From Sedimentisphaerales bacterium (GTDB lineage: Bacteria > Planctomycetota > Phycisphaerae > Sedimentisphaerales > SM23-30): a stretch of 64,000 nt of DNA. How positions within the stretch are numbered: position 1 is the first letter of the stretch; each line of letters starts with the position of its first letter. A program made the position numbers and the translations under genes. Where the stretch lies: contig CAXXFK010000020.1 in the NCBI GenBank assembly GCA_963663965.2, forward strand, positions 32,001 through 96,000. Reading direction: 5' to 3'. The notes under the pieces were generated by a model, which was not told where the DNA came from, ran no database searches, and saw nothing but the letters and a program-made list of their open reading frames with translations. Below, one piece after another: positions 10,311-19,305 of this stretch.

Positions 10311-12176
10311 TTAATCATCATAATCAAGCCAATGCTCAGCCAACAACACCAGGTCAGCAGCATCAACATCATCATCAAAATCAAAATCTCCTTGTGCCCA
10401 ATTTTTACCGTTCATTAAAAAGTTAGCGGTAAATATGACAAAGTCCTTCATATCAACCCCCTGGTCAAAATTCAGATTCCCAGGCAAAACAAAGCGATGG
10501 AGAACTTCAACATCCTTACCCGTAACACAAGCCTCTCGAAGGCCAGTACCCTCTTCGTTCAAGCTGCCATTCCCATTTAAATCTGCCTTCAAATAGTCTA
10601 AAAACGCTTGTCCTTCGGTTATTATCGGCAACACATTATCACGTGTTTTCTTTAACTGTTGTTTGAAAAAATTCATATCAACCAGATCAACGACTCCATC
10701 CCGGTTGAAATCACACGGTTCATAAACATTAATTCCTGCAACACAATATCCACCTACACTCATATACATAACCTGTGTAATGGTCTTGGCATCCGGACTG
10801 TTTGGATCCACATATTCAGGCAATATTTGACGAGTCATAGCTCGATAATAGGACGTATTATTTGAATTAGAACCTAAAGCCCGATTGAACATAATGTGCT
10901 GAATCTGGCTGGACAAACACAGCAGACGCCCTTCGCCATCATACCGATACAGACCACTTGGATTTCGGGTATGCATATAAATACTACCCGAATCGTCTGT
11001 CGTTACTGACCAGATTTTTAACAAACCTCCTGAATCCGCATAATTCGGATCATACGTTTCAGTAAAATCAAGAAATTCTGAGCCATCAATTACGTTATAA
11101 ATAGAAGGACTCATACTGCCATCGTCGACCAAACAATTCAATCCACACAGGTTGCCGCTGGCATCTGTACCATTGAACAAGACCTGGTCATAATTTTCAT
11201 CCCAGTTTTGATCTGTAAAATTACGGGTATATACAGGCAAAACTCCAGGTTCGGAAGTTGTAAATGTTGAAACTGAAATAGTGTCGTCGAACAACCTATG
11301 AATCTGCCGGGTCTGAATATCAATTGACCAAAGCCCTGTAAACATTCTTCCTGTGCGACTATCCATAGATACAAAATAAAGTTTATCGCCATTTGATGAA
11401 AACACTGCCCGGCGACCTCCAACCTGGTCTGAAGCAGTAGGGGACACCGGTCCTTTATCAATAGCGTTCGCCATATCCTGCAACGACATAAGCTTATTGA
11501 AAGCATCGTTCCAGTTAGTACAGCCATAGCCATATTCAGAACCATAAATTTCTGTCATCAAGCTGGTGGTATCGTAATGAGCGTTCGCCCGGTCAGGCTG
11601 TTTGTCAGTAGGAGACCATATCTCCCGCAAATCCCAACTCAAAAATCTTTTGGTTGCATCAGCAGTTATGGCGGTACTATTATCACTGATAATGACCAAT
11701 TGTCCCGTATCATAATAGATATCATTGATAATAACCGGTGAAGGATTTAACAGCATTCCGCTTATAAATGCCATTTTTTGGGGGAAAAATATTCCACCTT
11801 CAATATCTGTCGAACCGGTTATACGTCCCAAGTCTGATACCGTTGCACATTGCCACGATTTCCCTTTAGAATCACTAACCGTATTTTCAACATATGCCCA
11901 AGGGTGGGCGCTCCAATCTGGAAAAGACTCATCTGGCGAAACAAAACAACGAATGCCTTGATTAGATCCAAAGGTAGAAACATAGAAACGTTTGTCTGAT
12001 GGTCTATAGGTAAAGGCACCAATTGATTTACTTTGTTTGCCATTATAACTAATGTGGTTTTGAGGCACTAGCACCTCGAACTGGTCTGGCGCTTGATAGG
12101 CCTGGCATGTCACAAAGCCTGAAATTGATGCCAGTATAATTATCGCTTTAATATTAATGGCTCTATTTAAACACAT
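10311..12176 (-). CDS. Secreted beta-propeller-like protein with C-terminal dockerin-like (EF-hand-like) repeats
   Basis: Signal peptide ending TCQA; C-terminal CDFNRDGVVDLVD, GNLNFDQGVDMKD and GDFDFDDDVDAADLVLLAEHWL. Start 12176 or 12203. Confidence 0.8.
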   Translation of the reverse strand: MCLNRAINIKAIIILASISGFVTCQAYQAPDQFEVLVPQNHISYNGKQSKSIGAFTYRPSDKRFYVSTFGSNQGIRCFVSPDESFPDWSAHPWAYVENTVSDSKGKSWQCATVSDLGRITGSTDIEGGIFFPQKMAFISGMLLNPSPVIINDIYYDTGQLVIISDNSTAITADATKRFLSWDLREIWSPTDKQPDRANAHYDTTSLMTEIYGSEYGYGCTNWNDAFNKLMSLQDMANAIDKGPVSPTASDQVGGRRAVFSSNGDKLYFVSMDSRTGRMFTGLWSIDIQTRQIHRLFDDTISVSTFTTSEPGVLPVYTRNFTDQNWDENYDQVLFNGTDASGNLCGLNCLVDDGSMSPSIYNVIDGSEFLDFTETYDPNYADSGGLLKIWSVTTDDSGSIYMHTRNPSGLYRYDGEGRLLCLSSQIQHIMFNRALGSNSNNTSYYRAMTRQILPEYVDPNSPDAKTITQVMYMSVGGYCVAGINVYEPCDFNRDGVVDLVDMNFFKQQLKKTRDNVLPIITEGQAFLDYLKADLNGNGSLNEEGTGLREACVTGKDVEVLHRFVLPGNLNFDQGVDMKDFVIFTANFLMNGKNWAQGDFDFDDDVDAADLVLLAEHWLDYDD

Positions 12177-12517
12177 AATTAATATATCCTTTGCAAGTAC
12201 CAATTATAGAACAAATTCAAAAAGCCACGAAATTTCTGTATTAACACAAAACATCTATCAATATTCAAGAAACAGCAAACATGTCAATATAATTCAAGAA
12301 ATAGTTTTATAGATATTATCACGTTTTATTATCAAATCTATCAAGATTTAAATAATCAAATTTACATTGTTAACCTGTGTTTGATTAATCATATTGCATC
12401 GCCATATTTTAATCTAAATTTTGTAAATTTGAAATTTTAATTGCTGCAACAAATTTTGTGGGTCTAAACTTATGACAGCCAAATAAAATCCATAAAAGGA
12501 TTATACACTAATCTTTA

Positions 12518-14035
12518 TTAAACACGTATTTCCAGCCACTGATTCAGCCAGATTAACAGATCTTTCACATCAACAATGCCATCTCGATTTAGATCGGCCC
12601 CATTACAACCGGGGCGACCCTCGCAATTTGTCTGAAACCAGAAACCGGCCAAAATGCCCAGATCAGCTAAATCGGCCAGACCATTCTGATCCATATCAGC
12701 CCGGATCGGATCCAGTAACGTCAACGCTTCGATCGTACCCGTTCCCGGATTATATTTATTATATAATGCGATTTGTCCGGCATTATTGATTGCCAGACAC
12801 TGGGTTAAAATCCCATCAAAGTTCTGAATAGTGATATCGTTCAAATTGGAAGCGCCTGCTTTTTTATCCCATACAAAAGCTACCCGGCTGGAACTGATCG
12901 CGTAACCTCCAACAACTTGAGCGGCATCGTTGAGATTATGAGCAAAGGAATTCCCGAATACAAAATTCAAAGGCCCTTGAGCCACGCTGAATCTGTCAAA
13001 TTCATCTGAAGTTTCATTCCAATCGAATATACCGTCTCCATCGGTATCATCCCAGTCACAAACATGATCATGATCCACATCGGTCCAGACATATCCCAGA
13101 ACGCTTCCCAAATCATTATCCATAGTACCGCAAACCTGGCCATGATTGTTGATACTGTAGGCAGTATTATCAAGTTCGGTCGCACTAACTGACGGAATCG
13201 TCAAAACCTCGTTAGGATCAACGAATTGGTTTTCGTTAAGATCACGCCAGACCCGGCCACTCGCATTCGTTCCCTGCAACGAATAACAGATTGAACCGAC
13301 TTCATTTATGCTAATCCGTGATACGCCACTGGTTGTGACTAACATTCGTGAGCACACTTCGACCAATTGGTAATTCTGTATCTCGAACCGGGCCCGATAC
13401 CATCCGGTATCACCACTGATCAGGGCATAGCCGCTGTCAGTAATATCGACGCATTCGCCTCGCGTCGCCTGAGGATTTAACTCCAAACCGATCATTTCAT
13501 CGATTGGCGCCAGATCGCGTATGCCATTGCCATTGTGATCGACCCAGATAAATGGTCTTAAAATTCCTTCAGCATCCGGACTTGAGCCGGCTACCCAACC
13601 AAGATTATTGATCGCCAGCGCTTCGCTGATTTCATTGCGATCCGGTTGGGTTGGATCGCCAAAATCACCTGTCAGATCACCAAGGTTTGAGGCTTGATCC
13701 AACTGATAGTTGTAATAAAAAGGCCGCCGATAGCTGTAAGTGCCTTCGGAACTTTTTCCGCCGTTCCAACCGGTGGTTACCAGATCGCCATGATCGTTAA
13801 GGCCTTGGTATTCCGGACGGCCGGGCACCAGCAAAGGTCTTCCCAGATCGGCATCCAAAGGATTCTGGATTGCCGGACGTAATTGCACTGCGTAATAACG
13901 GGTTGATTGAGACAAGGCAGTGCAATTCACAATCGAAATCACAACAAGCAAATAAGGCCAAAACAGAACCATTTGATAAGAATCAATTTGAATATTGGCA
14001 AAAAATACTAATTTTAATTTAGCGATAGTGGGCAT
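12518..14035 (-). CDS. Secreted HAF-repeat-like protein with C-terminal dockerin-like domain
   Basis: Repeated A.AINN.G.V.G / AFVW units; C-terminal ADMDQNGLADLAD...ADLNRDGIVDVKDL. Confidence 0.82.
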   Translation of the reverse strand: MPTIAKLKLVFFANIQIDSYQMVLFWPYLLVVISIVNCTALSQSTRYYAVQLRPAIQNPLDADLGRPLLVPGRPEYQGLNDHGDLVTTGWNGGKSSEGTYSYRRPFYYNYQLDQASNLGDLTGDFGDPTQPDRNEISEALAINNLGWVAGSSPDAEGILRPFIWVDHNGNGIRDLAPIDEMIGLELNPQATRGECVDITDSGYALISGDTGWYRARFEIQNYQLVEVCSRMLVTTSGVSRISINEVGSICYSLQGTNASGRVWRDLNENQFVDPNEVLTIPSVSATELDNTAYSINNHGQVCGTMDNDLGSVLGYVWTDVDHDHVCDWDDTDGDGIFDWNETSDEFDRFSVAQGPLNFVFGNSFAHNLNDAAQVVGGYAISSSRVAFVWDKKAGASNLNDITIQNFDGILTQCLAINNAGQIALYNKYNPGTGTIEALTLLDPIRADMDQNGLADLADLGILAGFWFQTNCEGRPGCNGADLNRDGIVDVKDLLIWLNQWLEIRV

Positions 14036-15392
14036 TGGTTAGCCAGTTCTCCACAAAAGTGATCAAGTCCGGTATTTCGACCTCAGTATTTCCATCCAGA
14101 TCGGCCAAACTACAGGTCGCATCGCCCGTACAGCCATCTTGCAGCCAATACATAGAAAACATTCCCAGATCTTGCATGTCCAGATCAGCATCTTGATTCA
14201 TATCACCCGAAACAATGGGAGTCAGCATTAAAGTAGTCTCTATCTCGGTTGAACCTTTTTTATTATCCCCGTTGTCATCAAACCAACCCGAAACCATAAT
14301 CTGCCCACGATTATTGATCGCCTCCGCCTGACTGAGATAAAGAGGGCCCCGCCCAGGAACTTCAAACGTTTCGATCAGGTCATTCAAATTTTGTTGACCG
14401 TTTTCTGAATCCCAGACATAGGCGGCCCGCCCGTAAGGCATATCCCAAACAAAGCACCCCCCTACTATCTGTCCCTGATCATTCATATTGCGAACAAATG
14501 TATTTTTAAAAGGGGTACCAAAAGTAATTATTTCTGACAGATCCGCAATATTATCACCATTGGCGTCAGTCCACAGATAACCAATACTCACATTTAAGGC
14601 ATTTTTCATCACCCCCGCGACTCGCCCAGTAGCATCGATTTCATCTGACGACACGGAGGCTCCATTCACCGTATTAGGAATCGAAACCAACTCCGCTTCA
14701 TCTACAGTCAGGTTACCATTCAAATCGACCCAGCGCCAGCCTTGATTCCGGCCAGTCAATGCCAGTTGACCGGCTTCATTAACACCATTGGGTATTAGAT
14801 CAGCCGTATAGATTTTTTCGTTTTGCTCCGGTTGTCCGTTTCCGTTCTGATCGCGCCAGAGCCAACCCAGGTTCACATTACCATCTCCTGTATAATAATA
14901 GCTATAACCACAAACCCAACCCGTATTGCTAACCTCTCCGGCATAAGAACGATTATAAGGCTCACTATCAGCCAGATCGAGCATTTCATCCATCTCACGC
15001 TGGCCATTTCCATTTGCGTCAATCCAGCAAAAAGCATGGTAGGCGCCACTACGGTCTTCGTTACGTCCCACTACCCAACCTGCATTATTGATGGCATAAC
15101 CATTGCCGCCATATAAAGAATCAAACTCGCCGGCCATATCGCCCAGGTTGCTGTAAATGCCTTGATAGGGATCGGCAAAAAACGGTTGCGCCCGACCGTC
15201 AGTCAGATCAGGACGAAAGCCGTGACCACACACCTGGCCAAGATCATTCAGTCCATAGCCAACAGCAGCCTGAAATCCATCCGGACCGGCTAAAGCCTGG
15301 AGGTCCATCACTCGATATTCGGCGCCATAACTAGAGCCAATCAGCGCCAACAGATAGATGCCGGCGATTAATCTCGATACGTGATTCTTCAT
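14019..15392 (-). CDS. Secreted HAF-repeat-like protein with C-terminal dockerin-like domain (paralog of 12518..14035)
   Basis: Signal peptide MKNHVSRLIAGIYLLALIGSSYG; GYGLNDLGQVCG, GYAINNAGWVVG...YHAFCW, AEAINNRGQI; GDMNQDADLDMQD...ADLDGNTEVEIPDL. Confidence 0.85.
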   Translation of the reverse strand: MKNHVSRLIAGIYLLALIGSSYGAEYRVMDLQALAGPDGFQAAVGYGLNDLGQVCGHGFRPDLTDGRAQPFFADPYQGIYSNLGDMAGEFDSLYGGNGYAINNAGWVVGRNEDRSGAYHAFCWIDANGNGQREMDEMLDLADSEPYNRSYAGEVSNTGWVCGYSYYYTGDGNVNLGWLWRDQNGNGQPEQNEKIYTADLIPNGVNEAGQLALTGRNQGWRWVDLNGNLTVDEAELVSIPNTVNGASVSSDEIDATGRVAGVMKNALNVSIGYLWTDANGDNIADLSEIITFGTPFKNTFVRNMNDQGQIVGGCFVWDMPYGRAAYVWDSENGQQNLNDLIETFEVPGRGPLYLSQAEAINNRGQIMVSGWFDDNGDNKKGSTEIETTLMLTPIVSGDMNQDADLDMQDLGMFSMYWLQDGCTGDATCSLADLDGNTEVEIPDLITFVENWLTNAHYR

Positions 15393-15415
15393 TACTCTGT
15401 TCTCGATTTTGTTAG

Positions 15416-15454
15416 TAATCACTCCCGGCGACATTATGCCGCCGGGAGTGATTA
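15416..15454 (-). terminator. Perfect 15-bp hairpin downstream of the PEP-CTERM gene (terminator or mRNA-stabilising stem)
   Basis: TAATCACTCCCGGCG-9 nt loop-CGCCGGGAGTGATTA; no clear poly-U tail. Confidence 0.6.
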
Positions 15455-15472
15455 GTAGTTACCTAATTGACA

Positions 15473-16513
15473 TTATTTAGCATTGCGGCGTTTGAGCAGT
15501 CCTAAACCGCCCAGAACCATCAGTCCCAGGGTGGTCGGTTCAGGAATGGTGCAATACGCCATGGATCCCTGATTGTATGCGGTCGCAGCCAGTTCGCCAT
15601 TAAAGATACTGAAACCGGCAACGATGGCAGTTCCCAGCGCACCGTTTTCCAGATCTTCACGAGTCATAAATACTTTTAAGGTCCCGCTGGGATCTGTAGG
15701 ATCGAAACTCAAAACATCGCGGGAAGAATTCTCACTGATATAAATCAAGCCATCGGCCGGATTGTAAACCTGAGAGGCAATACCCGCAGTTGATTCGCCG
15801 GTTAATGCAATGATATCTTCCTTACTAAAGATTTGGGTCAAATTGGTACCATCAAATTTCCAGACCGAATCAGTAGTAGTGTTCCCCAGATACAGATTGC
15901 CGCTATCATCATAGGCCAACTGCCCCTGAACCCCGGCACTACCCATAACGTCATTCATCAACTGATTAGAAATCAAAACACTTGCAACTCCCATACCATT
16001 GGTTTGGACAATCTGATCGAGATCGGTTTCATAGAATACTGCTTCACCGGATGGGCTGACAGTAGTATAACCACTCGTCACGGCATCGCCACCAACCTGA
16101 TCCTGCATTTGAGTCTTACTCAGGTAAACCGCTTGAGTACCATCCGTCTTACTGATAGTCCAGACTTCATCTGGAATGCCGCCAATAATCATTAAATTAT
16201 CACCCGAAATTCCCAGAGAATTACCTGTTGTCAGATTGCCGGGATATTCCGACAATACAGAAGCAGCGGCGTCCGGCGTACCGGCATCGGTCACCTTTAC
16301 CCACCAGGTATAGGATGGATTACTACTGCGCACTTCGGCATAGACCGTCGAACCATCCGCAATCGCTTTTGAATAGGAATTGGGCAACAGCGCCCCACCC
16401 ATATGATCACTCACGGCAGTTTCGATAATACTCCACGGAACGACTGCTTCATAAGCCGCTTGAACAGTTACGGCCGCAACCAGAACCACCACTAAAATCA
16501 TCGCTTTCTTCAT
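15473..16513 (-). CDS. PEP-CTERM sorting domain protein (beta-propeller-like body)
   Basis: Signal peptide MKKAMILVVVLVAAVTVQA; C-terminal IPEPTTLGLMVLGGLGLLKRR; AAGGAG RBS before ATG 16513. Confidence 0.93.
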   Translation of the reverse strand: MKKAMILVVVLVAAVTVQAAYEAVVPWSIIETAVSDHMGGALLPNSYSKAIADGSTVYAEVRSSNPSYTWWVKVTDAGTPDAAASVLSEYPGNLTTGNSLGISGDNLMIIGGIPDEVWTISKTDGTQAVYLSKTQMQDQVGGDAVTSGYTTVSPSGEAVFYETDLDQIVQTNGMGVASVLISNQLMNDVMGSAGVQGQLAYDDSGNLYLGNTTTDSVWKFDGTNLTQIFSKEDIIALTGESTAGIASQVYNPADGLIYISENSSRDVLSFDPTDPSGTLKVFMTREDLENGALGTAIVAGFSIFNGELAATAYNQGSMAYCTIPEPTTLGLMVLGGLGLLKRRNAK

Positions 16514-16704
16514 AACGAACTTCTCCTTCCTGGAGGCGCACATTGTCCTCCAACAAAATTAAATATTAACATCTATGTCCTTTGCATAACAAATGCAACT
16601 CTTACAGACACATAAGTAGGGCCATCCCGGGCCATTTCCACCGGTTCCATCCGGGGCTTTTACCTTATTTGACGGATATGACAAATTCACAATTTGTAAC
16701 TGTT

Positions 16705-16732
16705 ATTATAATAAATTGGGTGAAATAGTCAA
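16705..16732 (-). promoter_or_regulatory. Sigma70-type promoter for the PEP-CTERM/HAF operon
   Basis: Minus strand TTGACT-16 nt-TATAAT. Confidence 0.6.
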
Positions 16733-16848
16733 ATAATTTTATTTCCATATAATTGTCTGAACATGCCAGCATTAATGTGTAGCATTCCATACATAACTAC
16801 TATATCTACAATCCGTTAAGCATTACATCTTCACAAGTTGCCTTGATT

Positions 16849-17583
16849 TCATTCAAACGCCCAGAATCCGGCATTCAAGTCAAAATAGACCACATTAACA
16901 CCCTTTGTTTTTTCCTTCGTGGTAGTATTCGTACCCGAACGTTCTGTTCGCCCCCAATGCCAGTATGTCTTTTCCCGAAAGAAACCCACATTCTGTCCCT
17001 GCCCATCAGATCCAAGGTCCTGACGCCTCATACCACTGATATAGGGCCGCAGATTCCAATTATCAGACATCCAAATAGCGGTATTATGGCCAGAATATCT
17101 GCGCGGATCTTGTGATACCTTATCATTAATATTCACCCAGTAAGTATTGCCAAATTCGGTATCCTTTTTGTTCAAAGGGCAAAGATAAACCTCGCTATCA
17201 CGCGGAATAATCTTATAACGGTCCAAAACAGCCGCCAATCCGAAAACTTCCTCGTCTTCGCTATCTGGAGAGATCATACCCGGCAATACGCGATAACTGG
17301 AGCCGCCAACCGTATACCAATCGGGATAGGTATAGCGTCGGCTGCTGTCGGCAGCATATGCGGCACTGGCAATGCCAAGTTGTTTCAGATTGGACAGACA
17401 GACCGTATTTTTGGCCTGCTCGCGCGCGCGGCCAAGCGCCGGCATCAATATCGCGATCAATAATGCAATAATCGATATGACTACCAATAACTCAATCAAA
17501 GTAAACGCTTTTAATTGAGGAATTAATCGTATTTTTTCTCTCTCAATACACATTTCTCGATTCCAGGCAGCCATCAGACTCAC
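16849..17583 (-). CDS. Prepilin-type N-terminal cleavage/methylation protein (DUF1559-like), paralog of 9635..10297
   Basis: [46 protein letters not shown]; shares GLAAVL, SE...C and GNTY with the 9635 protein. Confidence 0.92.
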   Translation of the reverse strand: MSLMAAWNREMCIEREKIRLIPQLKAFTLIELLVVISIIALLIAILMPALGRAREQAKNTVCLSNLKQLGIASAAYAADSSRRYTYPDWYTVGGSSYRVLPGMISPDSEDEEVFGLAAVLDRYKIIPRDSEVYLCPLNKKDTEFGNTYWVNINDKVSQDPRRYSGHNTAIWMSDNWNLRPYISGMRRQDLGSDGQGQNVGFFREKTYWHWGRTERSGTNTTTKEKTKGVNVVYFDLNAGFWAFE

Positions 17584-17594
17584 CTATTAATTAT

Positions 17595-18950
17595 TCATGG
17601 TGTTATGATCCAATTCTCTTCACATTGGGGATCCTCTGGATCGTTACACCATAACCAGCCATCCACTACGATACGCATATCTTCCGCATCGATTTTGAAA
17701 TCGCCATTGAGATCCATCCGTAAATCAATGCCAGATAACCATTTCGTGCGGCACGAGGTATAATCTTCACATGCCATCCAACCCTGCGAGAGCACTTGGA
17801 CATCTCCCAGGCTGATCTGGCAATCTTCATTTAAATCACCTAAGACACCATAATGATATTGCCAGGCACCTGCACAATCCTTAGGGCTCGGCTCACTCAG
17901 GAGATCGGCCGCATAAATATCGGTACCCACCCGGCCAATTAAATTAAAAGTCAGCTTATCATTATAAATATTCAAAGCGTTGACATTATCTTCCCCTGCC
18001 ACACCATTAATGAGATCAGATCTGGAAACGACTACAGTAAAATTCGGATCAGCTAGATTATACCCTACAATCGAATCAAAATCAGCCCTGCGGTCATAAA
18101 AATAAAGATAATCATCCGGACCGCTGATGATATCATTATATTCAACAAAAGGATAAAATGAACTCGTGTTTTTACGAATAGTTAATTCATCAACTACCTG
18201 ACTCATCACTCCATTCGGATCTCGGCGATAAATCCCTCCAGTACCGGAACTTCCCTGATGGCTGCTGGTCCAGAATAAAACACCTGCACCATTATAAGTC
18301 ATACCTCCGGCAACATAATTCGTCATGGTTTTTCCATAAAGCTGAATAAAATCGTTCTTGCCAATCAACACACGAACAGAACAATCCTGTTCCATCAATA
18401 ACAAACTATCGCTGGTTTCCTCATAAAATGCAATTTGATGGGAGGGAGAAAACGCTGTAGGCGATAACAATCTGACATTAGATTCACCGGTTACTGCCGC
18501 TATGTCATTGGGATCGACAATTCGCTTAATCGCACCGGTAGTGGTATGAACCCGATAGATTGAATCGGTAGTCTGGTCAAGAAAGTATAACGAATCACCA
18601 ATTACACCAATACGATTGCCGGGTAAAATAGTGTTCGTTTCACTTGAATTTGTCAGATTTTTCCATTGGGAATTTGAAACCAGAATTATTGTATTCGGGT
18701 CATTATCAATCTGGTCGATCCGAATTACCCGCGATTCCCACTGGTCAGTAATATCACTTTCAATCCCCCTGATAATCGCATAACAACTCCCAAGATGAAA
18801 AGTATGCGTTGCAACAAGATCATATTGGGGTGATGTTAACAGATTTTCAGATTCGATCAGAACATCATATGATGCCTGAAGTTCTGTTCCTCCTATTCCT
18901 GATATTCCTATAACAAATATAATCGCATTCAACAAAGCCAATCGGTACAT
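17595..18950 (-). CDS. Secreted beta-propeller-like protein with C-terminal dockerin-like domain
   Basis: Signal peptide; GDLNEDCQISLGD...W and DLNGDFKIDAED...WLWCNDPEDPQC; GGAGG RBS. Confidence 0.82.
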   Translation of the reverse strand: MYRLALLNAIIFVIGISGIGGTELQASYDVLIESENLLTSPQYDLVATHTFHLGSCYAIIRGIESDITDQWESRVIRIDQIDNDPNTIILVSNSQWKNLTNSSETNTILPGNRIGVIGDSLYFLDQTTDSIYRVHTTTGAIKRIVDPNDIAAVTGESNVRLLSPTAFSPSHQIAFYEETSDSLLLMEQDCSVRVLIGKNDFIQLYGKTMTNYVAGGMTYNGAGVLFWTSSHQGSSGTGGIYRRDPNGVMSQVVDELTIRKNTSSFYPFVEYNDIISGPDDYLYFYDRRADFDSIVGYNLADPNFTVVVSRSDLINGVAGEDNVNALNIYNDKLTFNLIGRVGTDIYAADLLSEPSPKDCAGAWQYHYGVLGDLNEDCQISLGDVQVLSQGWMACEDYTSCRTKWLSGIDLRMDLNGDFKIDAEDMRIVVDGWLWCNDPEDPQCEENWIITP

Positions 18951-19003
18951 GACATTATCCCTCCTGCCAAGTTAAGGTTATAGGCTTTAAGCTATGCATA
19001 CTT

Positions 19004-19032
19004 ATTTTAGTGATTTTAATATCTACTGTCAA
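19004..19032 (-). promoter_or_regulatory. Sigma70-type promoter upstream of the 18950 gene
   Basis: Minus strand TTGACA-17 nt-TAAAAT, 54 bp upstream of the start codon. Confidence 0.7.
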
Positions 19033-19305
19033 TTCTAATTAATAACCAACGCATTTTTAGCTGTTAATCAACAAATATTTCAACTGGTTTTAATATAAAA
19101 TACTCTTACTGGTCCTTATTTTATACAAAATTTGTATTCAGAACCAAATAACAATAAATAACGTTAACTCTTATCAAAAAAACAAGATAACAACATCGAT
19201 TTCCTTGAAGAATCCTTAAATTTAAAAATTGGAACAAATTTGTAAGTTTAAATGTATACTTCTTGTTGGGTATTAATATTTTAGGTCAATTAAGAAAATT
19301 TCTAA

